A DNA stretch of 64,000 nucleotides from Torpedo marmorata (lineage: Eukaryota), in assembly GCA_977017645.1 (NCBI GenBank), contig OZ360247.1, positions 16,306,001 to 16,370,000 on the forward strand, read 5' to 3'. The notes beneath the pieces were generated by a model, which saw nothing but the letters and a program-made list of their open reading frames with translations, did not search any database and was not told where the DNA came from. Every line of letters starts with the position of its first letter. Position 1 is the stretch's first letter. Shown piece after piece: positions 1 to 13,290 of the stretch. Position numbers and translations under genes: made by a program.

Positions 1-499
1 AGTGAGATATTGAAGATATCTGTGAATGCATTGGTAAGTTGGTCAGCATAGATTTTTAATACTCAGCCAGGTACTCCGTCCGGGCAAGATGCTTTCCTTG
101 GATTCATTCTCCTGAAGGCAGCACGCATGTGATCAACAGATAAGGACAGGATGGGATCATCAGAGGACGTGGGGGTGAGGAGGGGTGGTTCTTCACTGTT
201 ACTGTCGTTAAATTGGGCGTAGAAGGCATTGAGTTCCTCTGGGAGCGAATACTTGTACTATTCGAATACTTGTATCTGAATACTTGCATATCTGATCTCT
301 TGGAAAACCTTCCAATAACTTACCTACTACTGACATCAGGCTCACCGGCCTATAATTTTCTGGGTTATCTTTGGAGCCTTATTTAAACAATGGAATAAAC
401 ATGAGCTGCCCTCCAATCCTCCAGCACTTCACCCGTGGCTAAGGACATTTTAAATATATCTGGCAGGGCCCCAGAATTTCATTTGGATAAATTGTTGCG

Positions 500-1487
500 G
501 AAAATAAAATCTCATCATGTATTGGTAACATATTGGCATGGATAGAGTTGACCACGTGAACAGGGAATGGAGAGGAAACACAAACAGGCCTCTTGATGGC
601 TGGCAAGGTGTTGAGTGTTGCACCATAGGGATGAGTCCTGGCCCTCAACGTTGTACACTGCATGCAAAATGAAGGCACCAAAAGGAGAAAGGGTGGTAAG
701 TTTGACAATGACCTAAAGATACGAAAGTAAGTTTTGAAGATGACATAAGGAGATTACAAATAAATATCATTCCAAATTTAAAAAATACTGCAGATTCTTG
801 AAATCTGAAATAAAAGCACTAAGTGGTAAAATACTCGGTAGATCAGGCAGTGTTGTGTGGAGAGGAGCATAGAGTTCACATTTCAGATCAATGACCCATT
901 GTGGACTATTTTTTATCTATTTCATTTCCCACAGAATGCTGCAGAAACTGCTCAATAATTTCTATATGTTCTGTTTTATTGCGAAGGGATTTTGATAGGA
1001 TAACATTTGACAATCAGAAGTACGACACAGTGAAACGGTCTCTTTTCTCACACATTGCGAAAAGGCATTATCTCAACAATGAGAGTTTCCAAGCTCAGAT
1101 GAGGAGAGGTCTGTATATTCCAGTGGATAATTTACAGGTGGGCAGTATTCAGATGCAGAAAATAATTAGGAAAGCTTGCAGAATGAGGTGAATTAAATGC
1201 AAAAGTAGGAAAATTATGCTTCCATGATATGTGCCGTGAGTGAGACCATTGTTGAAGTACAGTGTATGCCAGTGTGTCTCCTTATTTCAGGAAGTATGTT
1301 AATACATTGGTAGCAGTTCAGGAAATATTACCTAATTTAATTCATGGAATGGTGGGATATCTTATGAGTGAAGTCTGAAGAGGCTAGGTGCGTATCCACT
1401 GGAGCTTAGAAGAGTGAGAGGCAACTGGATTGAAACATAAATCCTGAACAATCTTGCCTGGGTGGATGTGGAATGGATGCTTGCTCT
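500..1487 (+). mobile_element. Old, degenerate CR1-type LINE fragment (continues after the Rex-Babar insertion, ~3376-3880)
   Basis: Decayed CR1 RT/C-terminal-like sequence (gtgagaccattgttgaagtacagtgt, gcagttcaggaaa...tcttatgagtgaag) with many stops. Confidence 0.5.
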
Positions 1488-3375
1488 TCAGAATCAGAAT
1501 CAGAATCAGAATTTATTGTCATGAACAAGTCATGAAATTCGGTGTTTTGCGGCAGCATCATAGTGCAATTAACATTCATATTAACCATCTTACGACATGA
1601 CTAAAAAAATTATAAACAATAGTGCACGAAAAGTAAGGCAGTGTCATTGGTTCATTGATTATACAGGAATCTGATGGCAGCGGGGAAGAAGCTGTCCTTG
1701 TGCCGTTGAGTGCTCGTCTTTAGGCTCCTATACGTTTTCCCGATGGAAGCAGAGTGAAGAGGGCATGGCCTGGGTGGTGGGGGTCTTTGAGGACAGAGGC
1801 TGTTTTTTAAGACACCGCCTCATGTAGATGTCCTTGATGGAGTGAAGTTTGGTGCCTGTGATATCACAGGCCGAGTTAACAACCCTCTGCAGTTTACTCG
1901 TCCTGGGAGTTGGCGCCTCCATACCAGGCAGTGATGCAACCAGCCAGAATGCTCTCCACGGTACACCTGTAGAAGTTTACGAGAGTTTTCGGTGACATAC
2001 CGAATCTCCGCAGACACCTCACAAAGTATAGCCGCTGACGAGCCTTCTTTGTGATTGCATCAACGTGGATGCTCCAGGACAGATCCTCGGAGATGTTGAC
2101 ACCCAGGAATTTGAAGTTCTTAACCCTCTCCACGACTGAGCCCTCGATGAGGACTGGGTTGTGTTCCCCTGACTTCCTCCTGAAGTCCACAATCATCTCC
2201 TTGGTTTTGCTGACGTTGAGCTCAAGGTTGTTGCCATTTCACCATTCAATGAGCAGATCTATCTCCCTCCTGTACGCTTCCTCATTGCCGTTTGTGATTC
2301 TGCTGACAACTGTGGTGTCATTAGCAAACTTGTAGAGGGCTTTGGAATTGTGCCTGGCCCCACAGTCATGGGTGTATAACGAGTAGAGCAATGGACTAAG
2401 CACGCATCCTTGGGGTGCACCTGTGTTGATAATCAGTGAGGAGGAGACGTTGTTTCCAATTTGTACTGACTGTGGTCTTCCGATGAGAAAGTCAAGGATC
2501 CAGTTGCAGAGGGGGTACAGAGGCCTAGAGTTTGTAGCTTCTTGACCAGCTCTGAGGGAATAATGGTATTGAAGGCCGAGCTGTAGTCGATGAAGAGCAG
2601 CCGTATGTATGAATTGCTGTTTTTGAGGTGATCCAGAGCTGAGTGGAGAGCCAGCGATATTGCATCTGCCGTGGAGCAATTGTGATGATAGGCGAATTGC
2701 AGTGGGTCCAGATCTTTGCTTAGGTATGTGTTAATTCTGGCCATGACCATCCTCTCAAAGCATTTCATCACAGTAGAAGTTAGTGCTACTGGGCGGTAGT
2801 CGTTGAAGCAGCCCACTCTACTCTTCTTGGGTACCGGGATGATTGATGCCCTTTTGAAGCAGGTGGGAACCTCTGACTGCCACAATGAGAGGCTGAAAAT
2901 GTCCGTGAACACTCCGGCTAATTGGTTGGTGCAGATTTTCAGTACCCTGCCTGGTACGCCGTCAGGGCCTGACGCCTTGCGAGGGTTCACCCTCTTGAAT
3001 GATATTGTGACGTCACCCTCAGAGACAGATATCACAGGGTCCTCAGCCTTTTCAGGGATTCTAGTAGGTACTGTTTTGTACTTCTTCTCAAAGCGGGCAT
3101 AGAAGGTGTTCAGCTCATCGGGTAGTGAAGCATCATAGCCGTCTATAGTGTTCACCCTCGCTTTGTAGGCTGTAATGGCCTGCACTCCCTGCCATAGCTG
3201 GCGTGTATCTGTCTCTGTCTCTAGCTTCCTCTGGAATTGCCACTTTGCTTCAGAGATGGCCTTCCGCAGGTCGTGCCTGGACTTCTTGTAAAGATCCCGG
3301 TCCCTGGCCTTAAACACCCTTGTTCTCGCCCTCAGCAGGTTGCGAATTCTCTGATTCATCCAGGGCTTCTGGTCT
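1488..3375 (-). mobile_element. Rex1/Babar-type LINE, 5'-truncated, frameshifted RT
   Basis: Minus-strand ORFs contain [53 protein letters not shown] and KKARQRLYF. The 3' end is AATAAA followed by a (TTCTGA)n tail. Confidence 0.9.
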
Positions 3376-3879
3376 AATCTAAAACCAGAGATCACCGCAT
3401 TTAAATCAGGACCTGTCCATTTCAGTCTGAGATGTGGAAAATGCCCTACAAGACATTTGGTGAACATTACCTCCTCAGTGGCTATTAGGAATGGGCAACA
3501 AATTTTGTGCAACAAATCCTGAAAAAAAAAATTGGTGAATTTAGTGATCGGGCAAGAAATTGGTCGCTGGTGTAAAATGTGGAGAAATTGGAATTTATTT
3601 GGATTCTTTTTACGGAATTGGAAATTATGAAAAGCTGACATTCAAAGGGTACAGAGAGTCAGAGGAATCGGGGAAAGTTAATATCCGTTTACCATAAACA
3701 ATTCGGAAAGAAAATGGTATGTTGCATTTGATTTCAAATTGGTCAGGATGCATAACAATGAAGTTTGCTGCAATTAGAGAGGGCCTTGTGAGAGAAGACC
3801 TGAAGTTTTGATCCCTTTACCCAAGGAAATATGTATTTGTTTTTGACTTGGTAGAACAAAGAATGATAGAGTTGTGCTT

Positions 3880-4685
3880 TGAAGATAAATTGAGACCACC
3901 CACCACATCTTCCCCTCCCCACATGTCAATTTGTTTACAGGTATCCAACTCTCCGAAACTCACAAGCCCGCCCTTCTCTCCCCAGCCAGCCTTCCGCACG
4001 CTCAGGTACTTCCTGCAGTAACAAGATAAAGTTGTCCTTACATCTCCCATCTCACTCTCCATCCAGGACAACAAAGACTTTCCAGGTGAGGAAGAGCTTT
4101 ACATGCACATCATTGAAACTAATTTGTTTCATTCGGTCTACTCAATGTGGCCTCCTCAATATTAGTAAAACCAAATGCAGTTTGGATGATTACTTTCCGG
4201 AATACCTACACTCTGTTTGTAGAACCAAGCTCAAATTTCCTGCATCCAAACATTTCAAAATCACCATCATTCCTACACAACTATATCTGTCTTCGAGCTC
4301 ATCCATTTTCACGGTGAGGTGAAACACAAATTTGAGGAATCACATATATTCCTCTTAGACAGCCTTAAACCTGAAGGCATGAACATCGATCTTTCTAATT
4401 TTGGCTAAAGTCCCACCTCCATCTTCTTGTACTCTTTCCAACTCTTCTTCACGACACCTCTCCCTTCTTCTGTTCAATATCCTATCACCTCTTGGCACCT
4501 CTCCCGCTTCTTTCCCCTTCTACGTAATAAAACCTCCTTTTTAACTTTAGACCCGATAAATGGCCCTGGCGCAGAATATTGACTGACCATTTCTTCCCAT
4601 GGATGCTGCATTGTCCTGCGGAGTTCCTCAGGCAGCTTATTGTTTGCTCAAGATTTCAGCATCTGCAATTTTTCTGGTTTCCTGA
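3880..4685 (+). mobile_element. Degenerate Penelope-like element fragment (GIY-YIG region plus terminal repeat)
   Basis: ORF 4032-4322 FQVRKSFTCTSLKLICFIRSTQCGLLNISKTK resembles the GIY-YIG region of the copy at 19902-20982, followed by the same type of terminal sequence. Confidence 0.7.
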
Positions 4686-5286
4686 TGTGAACTGCTGTTC
4701 AAACAAATAAGAAACAGTGCCAATGAAGCAAATGAAGACTTAGGGAAGTTGATAGAATATATGTTCAGAAGTTGTGTCTTGGCAGAGAACTAGAGTTAAT
4801 GATCTCACACTAAAGCATTAGCCAGTTAAGAGTGTGATGAACAGAAGTATATATATATGAATCTTTGGAACTCCTTACCCAAGAGTAATGTAGATGCTTG
4901 ATCACTGAGTATATTTCACAGTGAAATCAATTTTTAGGCATCAATGGATATAAGAAATGAGCAACAGTGCACAATTGCTCCACCAGCATTTTGTTGCTGA
5001 ATGAATTAAGGGGTTTGATCAATTTTATAGCCAACTGTAGTTATAACACTTTTTTGTTTTTCATTTCTAATTTCTAATTGAAGTTGAGACTTATGGGTAA
5101 TTTTGCAAGTGCAACATTTTAAATTTTAAATTTAAATTTTAAATTTAGACATACAGGCCATTTCGGCCCACAAGTCTGTGCTGCCCAATTTACACCCAAT
5201 TAATCTACAATCGCTGGTACATTTCGAACGGTGGGAGGAAACCGGAGCCCCCGGGGAAAATCCATGTAGACACGGGGAGAACGTAC

Positions 5287-7153
5287 TGTTACAAATTCAA
5301 ACCAGCAACGACAGAAAACGCAATGCAAAAGGGGTAAAATTGAAATTTATATTTATTAAAGACAATTAAACATATAATTTCACAACAATGAACCCCACTA
5401 TAAACATCTATAAACACTATTCTTATCTAAAGAGTGTGCGTGTGTGTGTGTGTAAAGCCCAGACCATTACAGTCTGTGCCCAACCCTCATGTAAAAATGG
5501 AAAACCTTCCCCAAAACCCCCAGGTCAGTCATAAAAATAAGTCAGTCCCAAAAATACAGTCCACAAAAATTCACTCTCAATGAATTAATAGCACCAAGAC
5601 AAAATGAATTGGAATTGTTAATTACTAAAGTTAATATTAATAAGTTTATATCACAAATGTATAAATTATTTCAGAGAAAGATGTCTAAAGTAGGGTTACA
5701 TAAATCTAGATTAAAATGGGAATTAGACTTAAATGTTAATATAGATGAAAATCATTGGAAAGACTTATGTAAATTAAGTATGACTAAAGTTATTAATGTT
5801 AGATATAGATTAGTACAATATAATTTTTTTCATCAATTATATTTAACACCTAAAAAATTGAAGAAATTTAATCCAGCGTTATCAGATATGTGTTTTAGAT
5901 GTAAAAGTGAAATAGGTTCTTTTGTACATTGTACATGGTTATGTTCAAAAATTCAAGATTTTTGGTTGAAAGTTAAGAATTTTTTAGAGAGAATTTTTAA
6001 TGTTGGGTTTACAATGGATCCTATGTTATTTTTATTTGAAGATATTAAAAAAATTAGTATTAGAAATAGATTAAATATGTATCAAGTAGAATTTTTACGT
6101 ATAGTATTAGCAGTTTCGAAAAAGTGTATAGCTATTACTTGGAAGTCAGATGTGGATTTAAATTTAGAACGATGGCATGCAGAGTTACGTTCATGTATAC
6201 CATAAGAAAAAATTACTTACAATTTGCGAAATAAATATCATTTTTTCTTGAAAATTTGGGGCCCATACATGAGAATTATGGGTTTAACAATTTAAATTCT
6301 CTAGATATCGGATCCACTGGCGAAAATAACCTCTATGGTAAATTAGTTTGAAGTTTGTTGTCTCCTCACTCTATTTTTTCTATCTTTCTTTTTTCTTTTT
6401 CTCTTTCACTATATTTTATTTTTAGAGTAGTGGGGATATAGGGGTTAGGGAGGGGAGGGTGGGAAGGGGGGGAGAAAATGTATATCACATGTATTTTTGA
6501 AATATATGCAAAATTATTTTATGTATTCTGTGATTTAAAAATTTAAATAAAATTAAAAAAAAAAAAAAATTCACTCTCTATGTTCAGGGTCCAAATTCTG
6601 CTCTGTGTGCTGGCAAGAAGGACTTCTTAATGAACGTTGGAGAGAGAGACAATGACTGTTTAAGCTGACGAATGCTTGGCCTGCTTTTCTTCTCTGATGA
6701 CTTTCCCTTTTGGTAGATTCACAAGGATTGCGACTCCAAATCAGTATACCACTGATTGAGGTGTGTACTTGGATCTCACAGCCGGTCTCGCTGATCTCAC
6801 GCCTGTTCTTCACAAAAGTTGTTTTAACTCAGGGTTTTGCTGAGATAGGAGGCCATGTGCTATTCTCCCAGCCTTTTCCCCTGGGATGCACAAGCCTGGA
6901 TTTTGCTGTGTTCTCCAGCCTTTGCAACTCCAAAACTGAAGGCTTTTTGCAGAGGTTTGCACCTGCTTTTGCAAAAGTGCAACAAAGTATCTCTCCACAG
7001 TCTGTCTCTCTCTGGTGTCTCTCTCTCTCTGTGAGTACAAGAAGTCCTGGGCAAGTTAACTCTTTCAGTACCAGGTCCCAGTGTGAACTCCAAAAGACTT
7101 CATCCTTCCTGCTGACCATCCGCAGTCCAAATGGTCAGTCATGGTCCATAACA
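5287..7153. mobile_element. Solo LTR (Gypsy-like), itself interrupted by an L1
   Basis: Termini TGTTA...TAACA with a 4-bp TSD GTAC at 5283-5286 and 7154-7157. Confidence 0.75.
5583..6564 (+). mobile_element. 5'-truncated L1-clade LINE with poly(A) tail and TSD
   Basis: ORF2 C-terminus with zinc-knuckle C-x2-C-x8-H-x4-C (CFRC...HCTWLC). AATAAA plus poly(A) near 6546-6569. TSD AAAAATTCACTCTC(A/T)ATG at 5565-5582 and 6565-6582. Confidence 0.88.
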
Positions 7154-7649
7154 GTACAAACACCTTACAGACAGCACGGGATTTGAACCCCGGTCCCGAT
7201 CGCTGGCACTGTAAAGGCGTTGTGCTAAGCTAATGCTAACCAAGCCACCCTGGTTTTTTTTTGAGGATGTGGTGACCACATTTCATGAAAACTAACAATC
7301 ATGTAATTCAGAAATTCAATGGAACTCGTTTATCAATATTACCCATGTTGTAATGTAACATTTGTTTCTCAAATCAAGCTGAATGAATTGACAACTTCAA
7401 TGAATGTGTCGATTGGTCAGGCCTTTCAAATGTTTCAAAATATTTAGACATTTAGACATTCAACACGGTAACAGGCCATTTTGACCCACGAGCACATGCA
7501 GCCCAATTACACCCAATTAACCTATAACCCCCGGTACGTTTTGAACGATAAATAAAAGCAGAAAATGCACAAAGCGCTTAGCAGGTCAAAGAAGGTATGT
7601 GGAGACAGAACCAGAGTCTTCATTTCTCAGATCAATGATCTTTAATCAG

Positions 7650-8520
7650 AACTGCAACAACGATGAGTCACACTACAGAGAAGAGGTGGAAAATCTCGTG
7701 ATATGGTGCGAGAGTAACAACCTGAGACTCAACCTGGACAGGATGAAGGAGATGATCATGTACTTCAGGAGGACCAGGAACGACCACCTTCCACTACATA
7801 TCAATATCTGTAGTGGAGAGAGTAGAGACCACCAAGTACCTTGGAGTCCACTTAACAAGTGACCTATTATGGACACACAGCATCTCACTTGTCAGGAAGG
7901 CGCAACAGCGACTGCACTTCCTGAGAAGACTGAAGCGGGCAAGGCTACCGGCCACCATCATGTCAACCTTCTATGGGCTCTCTATCGAGAGCATTCTGGC
8001 CTGTTGCATCACAGTGCGGTACAGTTGCTGCAGAGAACTGAATCGCAGGTCAATCTACAGGACCATAAGAGTGGCAGAGAGGATCACTGGAGTCTCCCTC
8101 CCTCCCCTCCACCCTCCCCCCCCCATCAACGTGATCTACTGGGATCGTTGTCTGAGGAGGGCGCGCAAAATCATTGAGGACCCCTTCCACCCTGCACACA
8201 GCATCTTTCAGCTGCTCCCGTTGGGGAAGAGATACAGGAGTATCAGAGCCAGCACCACCAGGCTGAGGAACGGCTTCTTCCCACGGGCAGTGAGAATGCT
8301 GAACGACCAAAGGAACTGCTCACACTAACCATCCGAGACTCTCATATTTACGAAACAATTTTTTTTTAAACTGTATGTACGAATACTTGTCCCGCATATG
8401 TATGCTTGTCTGTATGTGTGTTATGTCTGGTTGTGTGTCTGCGTGTTTTGCACCGAGGACAGGAGAACGCTGTTTCGTCGGGTTGTACTTGTACAATCAG
8501 ATGAGCATAAACTTGAGTTG
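7650..8520 (+). mobile_element. Rex1/Babar-type LINE 3' fragment
   Basis: ORFs with WCESNNLRLN, KAQQRLHFLRRLKR, HPAHSIFQLLPLGKRYRSI and RLRNGFFPRAVRMLN, then a 3' UTR and short-repeat tail. Confidence 0.85.
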
Positions 8521-10685
8521 GCGTTCTACTGATGAACGTTGCAGTGTAAAAAAAAATGATGTGATCATGCTTTCGACGCAGTGTTGTTTGAAAGACATGT
8601 CAAAAACTGTTTTTGTCGATGACATTGGTAATCGATCTCAGGAGGCAACAAGAATAGTGATTCAACAAATGCTCAATATCTGATTAGACTTGCGGGTCTG
8701 AAATATCCCATGTGGAATTACTTGGAGGCATTTGCAGAAACATATATGGATGTGGGCATGAGTTTTTATCGAAATTCATAAAAATGGATGAATAGAAACG
8801 GAACGTGGTGAGTAAAACAAAACAGACAGACAAAATACCTATTTCATTAGCTGGAGGAACAGACCTTTTCCATGGTGGGCATTCCTGGAAGAGGGTGATC
8901 AAGAAACAGAAAAGCAAAGAAGTGCAGAGCTGTAAATCTGATATAAAGCAGAAAATGCAGGAAATGTTCAGCAGGCCAGAGAGTACCTGTGGAGAGTGAA
9001 AGAGTTAGGGCGTCAGGATCGATGTCGTTTTATTAGAACTGTTTCCATAATTATTCTGTGAGCCTTCCTTCACATCTTCCTGCAGGTAACGATTCTTTTC
9101 AATCCTATTCTTTAAATTGTTTCTTAAAATGCCTTTCTTTGCGAAGCTTAACTTTCTACTACTGCAAAACAAATATCCCTAGAATCTAATAAAAAGTGAA
9201 CTTCTGTACTGTAACCTAATCAACAGGCTCTGCATTTCCGACATTTGCTGCCTTCATCTTGTATTTTCCGGTGTTTGCAGTTGTACTTTCATTTGCGTTT
9301 TTCGAAGAAAACGTGTTTTTTTAACTTTTGCATCCGAAGATAAACAGGAATGAGGATTATTTAGTGGGATCGAGACAGTCGAATTTTTTTTTGGAAATGG
9401 CGGTCGCTGAAATACGTCAAAAGCAAATAAATGATGAAGCCCTCCATTCAAATATAGGACATTATTTATAGTTCTGCAAGTACTTAAATAAATTTTAATA
9501 TTTTGCACAGATCCTAATAAACCAATGCGCGTTAACTTATCCGCCGATAGCACGTGTCATTCGGTTTTGCATCCATTGATATGCCATCTCATGCAGAAAC
9601 TCTCACCCCACCAGTAAAGATGTATTTGCATGAAATTCCTTAAGACCAGCAAGGGCCATATATTAGATTTATTACTTCGAATGCGTAAACTGGCTGGAAT
9701 TCATTAACATATGACATAAAAAGAACCCGTGATTTAATAGTCCTCAGACCAAATTGAATGAGAGTACTATTTTATATTATGGAAGGGACTGCGCCATTTA
9801 GCGAATTATTAGACACACATTTTCCGCATAAATTTGAAAGTCATCGACATTTTTGTTGTTGCTAATGATTGAAATTGGGAAATTAATCCTATTCGTTTAC
9901 ATACTGCCACACGTGCATATCCTTCAGGCACTTTTCTGAGGCTGTAGCCAAATACTATTATCGAAAATTGGGATTAATGGTCTGAAAACATTATTCCACG
10001 ATCTGAAAATATCTAATGTGTTCATTTAACAGAAAACGATAGAGGCAGATAACACACGGTGCCTGCCCGGGAAGGAGAAACGGAGTGGATGGTGGAGGAA
10101 GAGCGGCGGAACGGGTGGTATATCTTACGTTGCCTATGAAAGAGAGGGATAGATGGAAAGCAGTGGGTCAAAGAAAAAGAACAAGGAAAAAAAACCAAGA
10201 ACATAATATTATGCTTTCACAAAGAAGTGGGCAATCAAGTCAACAAAGTAACACGATTTCACCGTTAATATCTACGGAACTATTTTGTAAGCGCTTTCTG
10301 TTCACAGATATTTTCCAAGTCTTCTTTGATGTTGTTGTTTTGATGTTTACAGCTGATTAAAGATGTTGCGCTATAGTTGAAGTCTTATGATTAGCTAAAT
10401 GCGTTAAATGAAATGATAACGCATGCATAATGCCTTTTCAATGTCACCTGTTTGTCTGATACAGACATTGATACAACTGATTAGAGACGAGTTGGGAACG
10501 GGAAGTTTTGGTTAGAGCGTCCCCTGTTGACATTTCTGATGAAGAATGATGAACCATGCATGGAACAGGGTTTCAAAACGATTTTAATCGCCATGCAATT
10601 TTAATCGCACAACAAGTAGCAAATAGAGACACGAGAGGATGGAGAAGATGGAATCTGGTGCAAAAAAAGAAGTTGGAGAAACCCA

Positions 10686-11222
10686 NNNNNNNNNNNNNNN
10701 NNNNNNNNNNNNNNNNNNNNNNNNNNNNNNNNNNNNNNNNNNNNNNNNNNNNNNNNNNNNNNNNNNNNNNNNNNNNNNNNNNNNNNNNNNNNNNNNNNNN
10801 NNNNNNNNNNNNNNNNNNNNNNNNNNNNNNNNNNNNNNNNNNNNNNNNNNNNNNNNNNNNNNNNNNNNNNNNNNNNNNNNNNNNNNNNNNNNNNNNNNNN
10901 NNNNNNNNNNNNNNNNNNNNNNNNNNNNNNNNNNNNNNNNNNNNNNNNNNNNNNNNNNNNNNNNNNNNNNNNNNNNNNNNNNNNNNNNNNNNNNNNNNNN
11001 NNNNNNNNNNNNNNNNNNNNNNNNNNNNNNNNNNNNNNNNNNNNNNNNNNNNNNNNNNNNNNNNNNNNNNNNNNNNNNNNNNNNNNNNNNNNNNNNNNNN
11101 NNNNNNNNNNNNNNNNNNNNNNNNNNNNNNNNNNNNNNNNNNNNNNNNNNNNNNNNNNNNNNNNNNNNNNNNNNNNNNNNNNNNNNNNNNNNNNNNNNNN
11201 NNNNNNNNNNNNNNNNNNNNNN
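10686..11222. other. Assembly gap
   Basis: Run of N. Confidence 1.
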
Positions 11223-12744
11223 CCAAACACTGGATCAAGACTGAGAGGGAAGATAGCCAGTGTAAAGTAGAGAGGGGAGACGAGTGGGGGATTGGGTCAG
11301 GGGGCAGTGGTTGATAGGTGGACCGAAGATGGGCGAAGGATGTTTGGTAAGATCGTGGTCCAAGAGTGTGAAAGAAACAGAAACCACAGTGACAGAGGGT
11401 CTCCCAGAACTTCCATCGAAGAGAGAAGCAAAACTAAGCGTAAAAGTTCCTCCGTGTGCGCAGTGGTGCACAAGTTGACACTGAGCAGTGGACCTACGGC
11501 ACATTTGTCATTGGGGACATCGCTTGGAAATTCAAGGGTATCGAAACACCAAGGGGTTACTGTTTCAATCTTACACGGGAATAACCTTACCTTTGAATGG
11601 ACAAAGGGAAGTCTGTCTGTCTGGGGCGATGGCTGGGTCTGAGTAGTCATGGGGAGCATGGGGGAGATTGGAGTGGAAATGGAAGGGAGGGGCGTGGCTC
11701 ATATATCACGGTGGGGTTTTGGATTCAGAGTGAGGGAGGATTCCCAGCAATTAGTGACAGTGGATGTGTTTGGTTTTAACTGTGCTCAGCAGGTTGGGTG
11801 GGAGGTCTGTGAACGGCGATCAGTGGTCGGGTGGGTGAGCTGGAGGTAGTATGATGAGATTTGTCCGGTGTTACTTGGATCTCGCAAATTTAGGGCTGGG
11901 GTCCAGAGAATGGGCTCGGAGTAAAGGAGGCCAATAATTGAAAGGGCACCTACCTGGGACGGGTTCCCACCGCTGAGCTGGATCTGCTCGCAGAGATTCC
12001 CTTTAGATCGCAGATAACTGTGCTTTATGAGCATCGTGAATCCCCTTTCTTCAAGTACAGCCACGGATAAGGGTAGGAACCAGCAATGCTTACAAAAATC
12101 CCGCGACCAGCATCTGGATATTCCTTGCATATTGTTCAACGCCAAAGCGCATGCCCGGGATTTTCCTCCCATTACGTCTTCGAGTTTCATCCAGCTTTCC
12201 TTTATAACAGAAACCGAGTAACGTGGCGCCGCAGTGAACTGCGCAATCAAATTTTTAGGCAAAATTGCATCTACTTGGTCACTTCAAAATTGTTCACTGA
12301 GAACTGTTGCTTTGCATGCAAGCCGCAAATGTGATAAGCGACCAGTTCACTCGAAATATTAAGAAATCCCCTTGTTCCTCTTCAAATAATAACACAGAGC
12401 ATTTTAAATCTAAGAACGTGCAAAGCCATCTTAGAAGTTGCTCCGCCAATTGAACGTTCAATAGGGTTCAAGTCAAGTTCTTTCCCAGAGACACTGGACA
12501 ACAAATGTATTCAAAAGGTTTGCTTCCTGAAAAGAAATGGGAGATTATGATAGACAACTTCAAGATGAACACAAAGATCATTTCAGATTTGCTGTATCAC
12601 GTAAGAAGTTCGGGAAACATTAAATTAACTTTTATTGAATTTAGCATGTTTAATCGCATAATGATGCTGACACATTGCGTTAGTTCAACTGGCCTAAAAA
12701 TGTTTTGCCGCTGATTTTCGTTTGTACTCAGCATCTGATGCCTC

Positions 12745-13290
12745 TCGTGTCAGTGTCCAACAATAGTCGGCCAGCATTGATGGATTCCAGTTGCCCTGAT
12801 ACTGCTTTTACACGGTCGCAATGTCCTGGTGAAACCTTTTACCATGTTCGGCACTGACTGCACCAAGATCAGCAGGGAAGAAGTCCAAGTGCGAATGCAG
12901 AAAAATTTCAATGACATGCTGAACTTCATGGTTTTGTATGCATGATGCATGTTGTCAATCAGCTGGATGTAATTTGGTGCTCTGTAGTTGCCAAGAAAAT
13001 TCTCAACAACATCTTTAAATAACTTCCATGTACGGCCAGGCCTAAGACAACTCTTGCATAAATAACACCCGCACTGAGTGCATGCCCAGGCATGCTTGGA
13101 CTGACCAAAACAACTTGCTTTGTGGGCAATATACGAGTAAACTTAAAATATGACAAGAAATCACAAACCTAGGTTATATCTAAAAAAACAGCACGTGATA
13201 GGACATTGTAAGGTGATTTTCGTGATCAGCAGCCTAAAATCCATAAAATACACCCAAAAGTGTTCAAGAAGCAAATTTTTCGTTATTCAG
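12745..13290 (-). mobile_element. DNA transposase remnant (tentatively Sola-like) with adjacent subterminal sequence
   Basis: Minus-strand translation with a frameshift and a stop: FKDVVENFLGN...MSLK/FLHSHLDFFPADLGAVSAEHGKRFHQDI...YQGNWNPSMLADYCWTL. This motif recurs in animal DNA-transposon proteins; the superfamily is not verified. Confidence 0.65.

Larger units (their letters stand above)
5120..7250 (-). mobile_element. tRNA-derived V-SINE/HE1-like SINE, split by an LTR insertion (pieces 5120-5286 and 7158-7250)
   Basis: Both pieces match the intact SINE at 14951-15184 in reverse and rejoin as ...gagaacGTACaaacaccttacagacagc... Confidence 0.85.

Noticed and set aside
2433-3641. 402-aa ORF as a host gene or active RT
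   Set aside because: A frameshifted, 5'-truncated LINE fragment fused to unrelated flanking sequence.
10556-11314. Long ORFs spanning N runs (also 25.6-26.5 kb and 39.9-40.8 kb)
   Set aside because: Artefacts of assembly gaps.
11223-12260. GC-richer block with several overlapping ORFs after the first gap
   Set aside because: No recognisable domain and no consistent frame. Probably a decayed repeat, but I could not classify it.
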